Assembly: GCA_963665295.1 (NCBI GenBank)
Contig: OY762209.1
Location: 3,456,001-3,520,000, forward strand
DNA: 64,000 nt
Origin: Syntrophorhabdaceae bacterium
Lineage (GTDB): Bacteria; Desulfobacterota; Syntrophorhabdia; Syntrophorhabdales; Syntrophorhabdaceae
Direction: 5' to 3'
Both the position numbers and the translations under genes were made by a program. The notes below the pieces were generated by a model that was not told where the DNA came from, did no database searches, and was given only the letters and a program-made list of their open reading frames with translations. Within the stretch, counting starts at the first letter, position 1; each line of letters opens with the position of its first letter. Shown piece by piece: positions 10,942 through 19,749 of the stretch.

Positions 10942-11928
10942 ATGAATCAGATCAGTATCAGCATGACGAGGTACATGAATGACCACCCTAAACTGAAATA
11001 CATCTTTTTTGGGGGCAAAGGAGGCGTAGGGAAGACCGTCATGGCGGGTGCCGCCGCGTTGTGGGCCGCGAGAGAGGGGAAGAAGACCCTTCTTGCTTCT
11101 ACGAACCCTGTGCATAGTCTTTCCAATCTTCTTGAAAAGGACGTTTTCGGTAAGGTCGCCGTTGTCTGTGACGAGGAGAAATGCTTTGCCTTCGAGATCG
11201 ATACCAAAGACACCATCGAACGGTCAAAGCAGGAAATACGTGAAAAGATAAACTGGTTTCTGAAATTTGCCGACCTTACCACTAAAGCGGACGAGTTCAT
11301 TGAATCGGCGACCATGAATCCGGCCTTTGAGGAGTCCGCCACGTTTGAGAACATGACTGATCTCATGTTCAAAGATGAGTACGATTTTTATGTCTTCGAC
11401 ACGGCTCCTACAGCAAACGCGCGACGGCTCCTGGGCATGTCCAAGGTATATTCCCTATGGGTGGACAAGATGCTCAAGAGCAGGGAGGAAGCGAAATCCT
11501 TGAGGGAATTACTCTCCTTCTCGAAGAAGAAGAAGGAGGAGGACCCTCTCATGGATTACCTCCTCGGGTTCAAGGACCGTATGGCCAGGGCACAGAGTCT
11601 GCTCACCGACGACAACCTCACGGCCTTCTTCTTTGCCACGTTGCCGAAAAGCCTCCCTATAGCGGTTATCACGCGATTTATAAACTGGTTCTACGAGTTC
11701 GGCATTCCGGTAGGAGGTGTTTTGGTCAATGGGGTAATCCAGAAGGAGCTTGTCCGGGAGGACGTTGCGGAATTCGTCAAACACCGCGTCGAGATGCAGG
11801 ATGAGCATATGGCGGAGATATGGGAGATATTCGGAGACAAAGTGAGGGCTGTCGTACCCCTCTTTGAGACGGAGGTGCGGGGCACACCCATGCTCAACTG
11901 CCTGGTGGATCATATGTTCCGCGGATAA
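10942..11928 (+). CDS. ArsA/Get3 family ATPase (single domain)
   Basis: GGKGGVGKT P-loop, STNPVHSL, FDTAPT. Confidence 0.92.
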   Translation: MNQISISMTRYMNDHPKLKYIFFGGKGGVGKTVMAGAAALWAAREGKKTLLASTNPVHSLSNLLEKDVFGKVAVVCDEEKCFAFEIDTKDTIERSKQEIREKINWFLKFADLTTKADEFIESATMNPAFEESATFENMTDLMFKDEYDFYVFDTAPTANARRLLGMSKVYSLWVDKMLKSREEAKSLRELLSFSKKKKEEDPLMDYLLGFKDRMARAQSLLTDDNLTAFFFATLPKSLPIAVITRFINWFYEFGIPVGGVLVNGVIQKELVREDVAEFVKHRVEMQDEHMAEIWEIFGDKVRAVVPLFETEVRGTPMLNCLVDHMFRG

Positions 11929-12055
11929 GGCCGGAAGGCTGAAACCTGTTCCGCGTACTTGTGTTTGTGCCGGTCCCCGGCCGATATTGTATCGGACCGG
12001 GGATTTCGCTATAATACGACCAGGGTTTGCACCTATGGGGACTCACGTCGCACAG

Positions 12056-12149
12056 TTATGATGCTTCGCGTAGCGCCCTCCACCGGCAGAAGCCCGGCGC
12101 AGGCGGGTACCTGGTCTTGCCCTCTCGTCACTGTGTGAGGCCGGGGGAC
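12056..12149 (-). repeat. Degenerate inverted copy of the 86-nt structured repeat found at 29356-29648
   Basis: Shares CCCTCCACCGGCAGAAGCC exactly, plus TTAT..GCTT.GCGT.GC, TCTCG.CAC and GGGGGAC, with the reverse complement of that repeat. Confidence 0.7.
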
Positions 12150-12232
12150 GGTTGGACTTACTTGTCGGGGCACGCTGTACCGAGCGGGTGCGGAACCCGG
12201 CGGGAATATGGTTGTCATTGTGCGGATGGGGT

Positions 12233-13021
12233 ATGAACAGACGGGAAATTGCCGCAAAAACGATCCTCACCAAAACGGGCATCAGCGGGTTTGACTACTG
12301 TGTCAATCCGTACGTGGGCTGTGAGCATGGCTGCGCCTATTGCTATGCAGGCTTTATGAAACGTTTCACGGGGCATGGGGAGCCGTGGGGCCAATTCGTC
12401 GACATCAAGGTGAACGCCCCCGAGGTCTTGAGAAGACAGGTGAAAAAGAAGCGGGGCGGAAGGTTGCTGGTGGGGACGGTTACGGATCCGTATCAACCTG
12501 CCGAAAGGGAATACCAGGTAACCAGACGGTGTCTGGAAGTGCTGGGAGACGGGACACTCGACGTGACACTGCTGACCCGGTCCCCTCTTTGCCTCAGGGA
12601 CGTGGATATTATCACGCGCATCGAGGGTATGGAAGTAGGTGTTACGGTGACCACCGACAGGGACGAAATGAGGAGGCTCTTTGAACCTTTTGCCCCTCCC
12701 ATAGAGAGCAGGATAGAGGCTCTGAGGACCCTCCATGGGGAACGGGTGAGGACTTACGCCTTCGTCGGACCCATGCTGCCCCTTGACCCTCTTCGACTCA
12801 TAGAGGCATTGAGTGGGGCCGTCGATGAGGTTCTCGTTGACAGATTGAATTACTCGAACAAGGTGAAAGCACTTTACCGGAAGGCGGATTTGACCCGCTT
12901 CCTCGATGATGCTTATTTTGTGGATACGGCTTGTGCGCTCAGGGAGGGCTTTAGGAAGGAAGGCGTCCCGGTTTCAGTCCTTTTCGGCCTGGAAGAAGGC
13001 CGGGAAGATCAGACTCTGTGA
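12233..13021 (+). CDS. Radical SAM protein, SplB/Rv2578c-like
   Basis: NPYVGCEHGCAYCYA (CxxxCxxC), GTVTDPYQPAE. Start estimated at ATG 12233. Confidence 0.85.
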   Translation: MNRREIAAKTILTKTGISGFDYCVNPYVGCEHGCAYCYAGFMKRFTGHGEPWGQFVDIKVNAPEVLRRQVKKKRGGRLLVGTVTDPYQPAEREYQVTRRCLEVLGDGTLDVTLLTRSPLCLRDVDIITRIEGMEVGVTVTTDRDEMRRLFEPFAPPIESRIEALRTLHGERVRTYAFVGPMLPLDPLRLIEALSGAVDEVLVDRLNYSNKVKALYRKADLTRFLDDAYFVDTACALREGFRKEGVPVSVLFGLEEGREDQTL

Positions 13022-13047
13022 CGAAAACGATCCCAGGGAGGTAATAC

Positions 13048-13902
13048 ATGAAGACAGGTTTTATCGGGCTGGGAATGCTCGGGAAGACGATTGCGAAGAG
13101 ACTGCTTTCCCGGGGCGTGGACCTGATCGTGTGGAACCGAACCGCAGAAAAGGCGTCCGATCTCGGGGTAGAGGTGGCAGCGACACCTTATGAACTCATG
13201 AAAGAGACTGATACCGTAATTCTCAATCTCTTTGACAGCCATGCAGTCAAATCGGTAATGTCCGGAGAAAACGGCGTTTTTGCGGGTGACCTTGCGGGGA
13301 AGACCATTATCGATACCACTACGAACCACTTCACGGAGGTTGCCTTTTTTCACGAGACCGTGGCCGAGAAGGGGGGAGTCTACCTTGAGGCGCCGGTGCT
13401 CGGCAGCGTAATCCCTGCGTCCGAGGGGAATCTGACCATCCTCGTAAGCGGGAAAAGGGAGGCTTACGAACAGAAGAAGCCCCTTCTGGAACTTATGGGA
13501 AAAGAGATATTCTACCTTGAGGAACCTTCGCTCGCGACGAAGATGAAACTCATAAATAACCTTCTCCTGGGTGTTTTTATGGCCGCCATCTCAGAGGCAA
13601 CCGTTTTCGGTGAGGCTGTGGGCGTGGAAAGGGAACGGGTCCTCGACATATTTTCCAAAGGGGCGGGCAATTCCGGGGTCCTGAATGCGAAAAGGAACAA
13701 GCTTCTCACGGGGGATTTCTCGGCCCACTTCACCTCCGCCCTGATTTACAAGGACTTGCACTACCTGCAGGATCTGGCGAAGGTCCTTGGAAGGCCCTTA
13801 TTTATGGGGAGCGCGGTGAAAGAGCTTTTCGCCATGACTTTCAGGGAAAAGAAGGAAGGCCTCGATTTCTCGGCCCTGTATGAGATATTGAAGGCTCTTT
13901 AA
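13048..13902 (+). CDS. NAD(P)-dependent beta-hydroxyacid dehydrogenase (3-hydroxyisobutyrate dehydrogenase family)
   Basis: GFIGLGMLG, EAPVLGS, KLINN, KDL. Confidence 0.9.
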   Translation: MKTGFIGLGMLGKTIAKRLLSRGVDLIVWNRTAEKASDLGVEVAATPYELMKETDTVILNLFDSHAVKSVMSGENGVFAGDLAGKTIIDTTTNHFTEVAFFHETVAEKGGVYLEAPVLGSVIPASEGNLTILVSGKREAYEQKKPLLELMGKEIFYLEEPSLATKMKLINNLLLGVFMAAISEATVFGEAVGVERERVLDIFSKGAGNSGVLNAKRNKLLTGDFSAHFTSALIYKDLHYLQDLAKVLGRPLFMGSAVKELFAMTFREKKEGLDFSALYEILKAL

Positions 13903-14134
13903 AGGGGGAGCGCTTTCGCAGGTGAGGGCCGGAATCGCCGGAAGGCCGTTTCAGGCCGTCAAGAGCCGGTCTTCCGACCCCTATTGACAAATCATGGGGG
14001 AATGGTAAAAGCTATTGTCGGCAGGAGGGTTTGTCCACTGGCGGACCGGTTTTGTCCGGAGGAAGAGGAGCCGGTTAGACGGGTTCGAAAGGGTAATGGC
14101 CTGTTGCTGCTCATGTAAAGAGAGGTGTGGTATT

Positions 14135-15013
14135 ATGAAAAGGCGCGATTTTTTAAAACTTGCCGTCTCATCACTCGTGTTAAACGGTATGGCCGCACGG
14201 GTGTTTGCGAAGGACCCGTCCGTTGTCGCCGTTTCGGAGGGGACGGATTATGCTGCAATTACGAGGAGTGTGATAGCCTCCCTCGGAGGGATCCAGAGAT
14301 TTGTGAAGCAGGGGGATGTGGTTGTGGTGAAGCCTAATATCGGGTGGGACAGAAAACCCGAATTCGGGGCGTGCACCCACCCTCTCGTGGTGCGCACCAT
14401 TGCCGAGGAATGCGTTCGCGCAGGGGCGAAGAGGGTGAAGGTCTTCGACAACCCCTGTAATGACCCCAGGAGATGTTACGAGAACAGCGGCATTCAGGCT
14501 GCATTGAAGGGACTCAAGAACGTGGAGATGAAGCATATCGAGAACGAGCGTTACAAAAACGTGAAAATGAACGGAGTATTCCTGAAGGAATGGGAGCTTT
14601 ACGACGAAGCCCTGTCCGCGAACGTTTTCATCAATGTACCGGTTGCAAAGCACCACAATCTCACCAGACTGACCTTAGGCCTCAAGAATATGATGGGGAT
14701 CATGGGAGGGAACAGGGGTTACCTGCATAGGGGCATGGATGACGCCCTTGTTGATGTGAACAGTGTGGTAAAAAGTCACCTCGTCATAATCGATGCTACC
14801 AGGATTCTCCTGAATCACGGCCCTCAGGGAGGGAGCCTCAAGGACGTGAAGGTACTCAACAAGGTGGTGGCTTCCACGGATATCGTTGCAGCCGATGCCT
14901 ATGCGACGACCTTTTTCAACCTTGTTCCCCAGGACATCTCGACCACCGTGGCTGCCTACAAGAGGGGTCTGGGAGAGATGAATCTCGGCAAGGTGAAAGT
15001 GCTGAAGGCCTGA
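14135..15013 (+). CDS. DUF362 family protein with Tat signal peptide
   Basis: MKRRDFLK twin-arginine motif, VVVKPNIGW, NVPVAKHH, LGLKNMMG, DIVAAD. Confidence 0.85.
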   Translation: MKRRDFLKLAVSSLVLNGMAARVFAKDPSVVAVSEGTDYAAITRSVIASLGGIQRFVKQGDVVVVKPNIGWDRKPEFGACTHPLVVRTIAEECVRAGAKRVKVFDNPCNDPRRCYENSGIQAALKGLKNVEMKHIENERYKNVKMNGVFLKEWELYDEALSANVFINVPVAKHHNLTRLTLGLKNMMGIMGGNRGYLHRGMDDALVDVNSVVKSHLVIIDATRILLNHGPQGGSLKDVKVLNKVVASTDIVAADAYATTFFNLVPQDISTTVAAYKRGLGEMNLGKVKVLKA

Positions 15014-15025
15014 AACGGGTGGTAA

Positions 15026-16564
15026 TTGGATAACGAACAGTCAAAGGCCGTGAAGATGAGAATCTCATGGTCACGAATTTCCCAGATCGTCTTTCTCGTA
15101 GCATTCCTCATCCTTTTCGTCACCACGGAATACAGGGGAAAGGATGAGATATCCGTAGCCATGAACAGTTTTTTCAGGGCCGACCCTCTTGTCGCGATGA
15201 GTTATATACTCGCGGAAAAGACGGTGACATGGCTTCTTGTCCCCGGTGTCCTGATGATCGTTTTTTCGGCGGCCCTGGGAAGGTTTTTTTGTGGCTGGAT
15301 TTGTCCTCTCGGGACAACCCTGGACCTCATCACGAAGAGGATAAATAAAAGGGGTCCCATCAGATTCATCAAAGGGAGGTTCAAATACTGGCTGCTCCTG
15401 CCCCTTCTCTCGGCGGCGTTTTTTAACGTCAATCTGACGGGTATCCTCGATCCTATCGCCATACTTGTCAGGGCTCTGACCTTCTTCCTTTACCCCGTTT
15501 TCGGCTACACCGTGAGGTCGGGTTGGACGGGGCTTTACGCGGTGATAGGCGAGAGAAGGGACTACGCTGAACCGGTGTATGCCTTTTTCAAAGACTACAT
15601 TCTCCCTTTCCGTGAAACCTTCTATCCCCTTGCATTCATATCTTTCATGTTCTTTCTCCTTATCGTTTTTCTTGAGAGATATGAACGGAGAAACTGGTGC
15701 AGGAACCTCTGTCCCCTTGGGACGCTTCTTGGTCTCGTAGGGAGGTTTTCCCCTTTCAGGAGGCTGCCCGGAAGGCTTTGCTCCGATTGTCAGGGATGCA
15801 GGGACGTCTGCCCCACGGCGTTTGACCGGGAAGTCTTCCAGAAAGAGGATTGCATCCTTTGTATGGAGTGTGAACTGAAGTGCAGGTTTAAGCGAGTCGG
15901 TTTTTCGCTGAGATCCGTCAAGGCCCGTAGCGGAAAACCCCGGCAGCCCGTAATGGAAAGGCGGGTTCTTGTGGGTGGGCTTCTTTCGGGTTTTTTCCTC
16001 AGCCATGCTTTTTCGTTCAAGTCTCCTTATTCCCAGGAACGGATGCTCCGGCCGCCGGGAGTGGATGATGAGCCCGCATTTCTGAAAAAGTGTGTGAGGT
16101 GCGGGGAGTGCATGAAGGTCTGTCTTAAGAATGCCCTTTACCCGGACTACTTCAGGGCGGGTTTTTACGGGGTGTTCATGCCTGTTATGATCCCGAGGCT
16201 CGGGTATTGCGAATATAATTGCAATCTTTGCGGCCAGGTGTGCCCCACGGGCGCCATACCGAATCAGCCGCTGGAACAGAAGAAAAAGAGCGTTATAGGC
16301 CTTGCCGCGGTGGACAAGAACCACTGCCTCCCCTATGCGAAGAAGATCAACTGCATCGTGTGCGAAGAGCATTGCCCCATCCCCGAGAAGGCAATTCGCC
16401 TGGAAGCCATAGAAGAGCGGGGCTATGACGGGCGGACTGTCACCCTCAAGCGGCCCTACGTGGTGGATGAATTGTGCACCGGTTGCGGGATCTGTGAATA
16501 TGTGTGCCCTCTCGAAGGCAAGGCGGCGATCGAGGTTTACTCGAAGAAGAAAAGGAAACTGTAG
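15026..16564 (+). CDS. Membrane polyferredoxin (NapH/MauN-like N-terminus, NapG/MauM-like C-terminus)
   Basis: Several TM segments, GRFFCGWICPLG, WCRNLCPLG, LRPPG and multiple CxxCxxCxxxCP motifs. Confidence 0.85.
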   Translation: MDNEQSKAVKMRISWSRISQIVFLVAFLILFVTTEYRGKDEISVAMNSFFRADPLVAMSYILAEKTVTWLLVPGVLMIVFSAALGRFFCGWICPLGTTLDLITKRINKRGPIRFIKGRFKYWLLLPLLSAAFFNVNLTGILDPIAILVRALTFFLYPVFGYTVRSGWTGLYAVIGERRDYAEPVYAFFKDYILPFRETFYPLAFISFMFFLLIVFLERYERRNWCRNLCPLGTLLGLVGRFSPFRRLPGRLCSDCQGCRDVCPTAFDREVFQKEDCILCMECELKCRFKRVGFSLRSVKARSGKPRQPVMERRVLVGGLLSGFFLSHAFSFKSPYSQERMLRPPGVDDEPAFLKKCVRCGECMKVCLKNALYPDYFRAGFYGVFMPVMIPRLGYCEYNCNLCGQVCPTGAIPNQPLEQKKKSVIGLAAVDKNHCLPYAKKINCIVCEEHCPIPEKAIRLEAIEERGYDGRTVTLKRPYVVDELCTGCGICEYVCPLEGKAAIEVYSKKKRKL

Positions 16565-16648
16565 TAAAAGTAACTCCTTGACTAGGCATTTGGGCCTGTG
16601 TTAAATCGTTTATGCACTTAGTGGAAAAAATAACTGCAAGGACGTGAC

Positions 16649-18580
16649 ATGGAAAAATATCCCCATATCTTTGCCCCCGGCCGAATCGGCACCCTCACCA
16701 CGAAGAACAGAGTCAAGTATGCGGCCACCGAAACTAATTTCCCCTTCAGGGACGGTTTTGTAAGCGACAGGGAAGTAGCGTACATGGAAGCCCAGGCAAG
16801 GGGAGGCGCGGGGATAGTGACGACCCAGGGCGCCTATCCCGACCCCAGGGGAGAAGGAAAAGGTTTCAGGGGTATGATGGGCATATACGATGACGTTTTT
16901 GTGCCGGGCCTTGCCCGGATCTCTGAAGTGATAAGGAAACATGGTGCCCTTTCATGTCTGCAGATCCTCCATTGCGGCAGGGAAGGGGGCGTGGAGCTCG
17001 ATTACAGCCTTATGGCTTCCGCCGTTCCGCAGAAGCTGTCTTATTTCAAGAAGCCGAGAGAGATTACTGCGGAGGAGATAAAGCAGTCCGTCAAGGACCA
17101 CGTGAAGGCCGCGAGGCGGGCAGTCGACGCGGGGTTTGATATGATAGAGATATCGGGCATTGTGGGTTATCTGATTTCTACCTTCATTTCCCGCTACAGC
17201 AACAAGAGAACTGATGAGTATGGGGGCGACATTCGGGATCGCTGCCGCGTCATGAAGGAGATCCTCGGGGGCATCAAATCCGAGGTAGGAATCACCTACC
17301 CGGTAGGCATACGGCTCTGCGGCCTCGAACTCCTTGACGACAGAGGAGGAAACACCTTTGAGGAGAGCCTTGAAAGCTTCCGGATAGCGGAAGAAGCAGG
17401 CGCGGATTACGTGAGTGTGACCATCGGATGGCATGAGTCTTCTCAGTCGGTGATTACACGGGATGTGCCCATGGGCCACTGGCTCTATGTGGCCGATGCG
17501 GTGAAGAAAGCCGTAGACATTCCCGTGATGATGGCATTCCGGCAGTTCTTGCCCGCCATACCCGAGAAGGCCCTTGCCGACAAGAACATAGACTTCTGGG
17601 AGGTGTGCCGGCCCATGATTGCGGACCCTGATCTTCCAAGAAAAGCGAAAGAGGGGAAAGAGGACGAGATCATCCCTTGCATTGCGTGCAACCTTTGTTT
17701 CTCACGGCTTTACTATCACCAGCCCATCATGTGTTCCGTGCGGCCGAGCCTGGGAAAGGAGGCCGACCCTGAGTGGGGCTATTATGGTTTCGCAAAGGCC
17801 GGGGAGGTGAAAAAGGTTATAGTAGTGGGTGGTGGTCCCGCGGGCCTTCAATGCGCATCGGTGGCCGCACAACGGGGACACAGGGTAATCCTCTTCGAAA
17901 AGGGGAACACGTTGGGAGGCGCGGTCCTCCTTGCGTCGAGGGTGGACGAAGGAGCGGCAGAGTTGCTCCGCCCTATCGCCATGCTCGACGGGGAGTGCAG
18001 GCGGAATAACGTGGACCTTCGTCTCGGGGTGGAATGTACCCCGGACATCATAGCAGCGGAAGGGCCGGACGTAGTGATAATGGCCACGGGCGCGGTGCTC
18101 CGGGAAACTCCTTCGCAGCCCGGAGTCACAGTCCTTACCCCGGAAGACGTGATGCTGAGGGACGTGAAGCCCCCCCGCAAGGTGGTTATTATCGGAGGTA
18201 AAGGTGTGGGACTTGGCGTCGCTGTTTTTCTCGTGAGGAACGGAGATTACGAGATGACGGTCATCGAGGAAGGTGCGAGGCTCGGGAGGGATGTGAACCC
18301 CTTCTACCTGTGGCAGTATGTGCGGCTCCTTAAGGGAAAGAAGGTCAACCTTACCGCGGGTGTGGGCGTCGTCGGGATAGAGGAAGGCGGCGTAAGAATC
18401 TCCGGGCCGACCGGCGAGAAACTGATCCCGTGCGAAGGGGTGATATTGGCCGATCAGGTCCCCTGGAAGGGGTGGGATGCTTCCTTCCAAGGGGAGATTC
18501 ACTACATCGGAGATGCGAAGAAACCGAGGCGAATAAACAATGCGATACATGACGGTTATCGTGTGGGGATGAATATCTGA
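16649..18580 (+). CDS. Old Yellow Enzyme family FMN/FAD/[4Fe-4S] oxidoreductase (2,4-dienoyl-CoA reductase-like architecture)
   Basis: TIM-barrel motifs (ARGGAG, NKRTDEYGG), CIACNLC-x11-C, VVGGGPAG, IGDA. Confidence 0.88.
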   Translation: MEKYPHIFAPGRIGTLTTKNRVKYAATETNFPFRDGFVSDREVAYMEAQARGGAGIVTTQGAYPDPRGEGKGFRGMMGIYDDVFVPGLARISEVIRKHGALSCLQILHCGREGGVELDYSLMASAVPQKLSYFKKPREITAEEIKQSVKDHVKAARRAVDAGFDMIEISGIVGYLISTFISRYSNKRTDEYGGDIRDRCRVMKEILGGIKSEVGITYPVGIRLCGLELLDDRGGNTFEESLESFRIAEEAGADYVSVTIGWHESSQSVITRDVPMGHWLYVADAVKKAVDIPVMMAFRQFLPAIPEKALADKNIDFWEVCRPMIADPDLPRKAKEGKEDEIIPCIACNLCFSRLYYHQPIMCSVRPSLGKEADPEWGYYGFAKAGEVKKVIVVGGGPAGLQCASVAAQRGHRVILFEKGNTLGGAVLLASRVDEGAAELLRPIAMLDGECRRNNVDLRLGVECTPDIIAAEGPDVVIMATGAVLRETPSQPGVTVLTPEDVMLRDVKPPRKVVIIGGKGVGLGVAVFLVRNGDYEMTVIEEGARLGRDVNPFYLWQYVRLLKGKKVNLTAGVGVVGIEEGGVRISGPTGEKLIPCEGVILADQVPWKGWDASFQGEIHYIGDAKKPRRINNAIHDGYRVGMNI

Positions 18581-18774
18581 TGATACCTATCGTAGATTTG
18601 GACGAGTGCACGGGATGCGCAAACTGCACGGAGGTCTGCCCTCCGGGAGCGCTATCAATGGAAGAGGGAAAAGTGCTTCTCACCGAGGACCTTTGCGAAG
18701 AATGCGGGTTCTGCGCGGCCGAGTGTCCTGTGGGGGCGATCACCGTCCCTTTCCCGTACTCTGCCGACAAATGA
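18580..18774 (+). CDS. 2[4Fe-4S] ferredoxin
   Basis: CTGCANCTEVCP and CEECGFCAAECP; TGATG overlap with the upstream gene. Confidence 0.92.
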   Translation: MIPIVDLDECTGCANCTEVCPPGALSMEEGKVLLTEDLCEECGFCAAECPVGAITVPFPYSADK

Positions 18775-18931
18775 CGTCAGGCAGGGAAGCGTTCCGGGCC
18801 ACCCGTGCCGAGAGACCGGGCGACGTATCGGCAGGGATGGAACTGCCTACGGGCGGTGTTATCGGGGAAACGCATAGCGGGAGAGACAAACGCGCCGCGT
18901 GGGCGGCGCCGAGGCTGCGAAGTGACTTCCG

Positions 18932-19390
18932 TTATATCTTTCTGCTGTTCTTGATGAGTAGCTTAAGATTTTCCAGGAGCGTGTGTTTTTCGTGCTCCGC
19001 AAAGCCCTTGAGCATCGAGTGCATGTAGTCGTCCCGTTCTTTCTCGATATAGGTAAGGGTTCTCTTGCCTTTGGCCGTGATCTCGAGAATCGTGACGCGC
19101 TCATCGGTAGGGTCCGATTTTCTCACGATGAAGCCGTTCTTCTCGAGCCGCCTTGCTATGCCGGTCATGTTAGCAACTGGTACAAGCATGATGCGGCTTA
19201 CATGGGTGATCCTGCTCTGCCCGTCCTTTGACGCGTCAAGAACCCTTAACATATTGTACTGAGGAAACGAAAGTCCATGTTTCCTGAAAATATTGGATAC
19301 AACCCTTTTGAATGTCTCGGCCGCTCTAACGAGGGCCATCAACACATTTTCATCGGCGCTCAAATCGCTCCTATAGCTAATTCCCATCAT
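18932..19390 (-). CDS. MarR family transcriptional regulator
   Basis: GLSFPQYNMLRVL, RRLEKNGFIVR, DERVTILEITAKG. Confidence 0.93.
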   Translation of the reverse strand: MMGISYRSDLSADENVLMALVRAAETFKRVVSNIFRKHGLSFPQYNMLRVLDASKDGQSRITHVSRIMLVPVANMTGIARRLEKNGFIVRKSDPTDERVTILEITAKGKRTLTYIEKERDDYMHSMLKGFAEHEKHTLLENLKLLIKNSRKI

Positions 19391-19749
19391 TTCACCTCAA
19401 CAGACCGTGGATTCAAAATCGAACGAATTTAAATTATACCAGCTTGTGGACCGATACTCCAGAAAATAAACGCATTGAAATTAAATATATTGATAGTAAA
19501 CATGTTGACTTTCTATATCTCCTTATGGTATTTGATTTTTATATGGAGACAGGAGCTTTTCCGACTCTCCTGACCGGGTCGTGTGACCGCGTAGTTCGCA
19601 GGATAAACGGCCACCTGAGGAGGGTAAAAGATGTGCCGGATATACTCTCCGAAGGGTCGGCGGTTTCAATCTCCGGTAAGAGGCAGCGGCAGTGCGGACG
19701 AAGTGTAAGGAGCATCAGCAGAAAAAACGGTTAAGAACAAGGAGGTACA

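Noticed and set aside
10942..11928. Arsenic resistance operon
   Set aside because: No arsR, arsB, acr3, arsC or arsD nearby, and the ATPase is single-domain.
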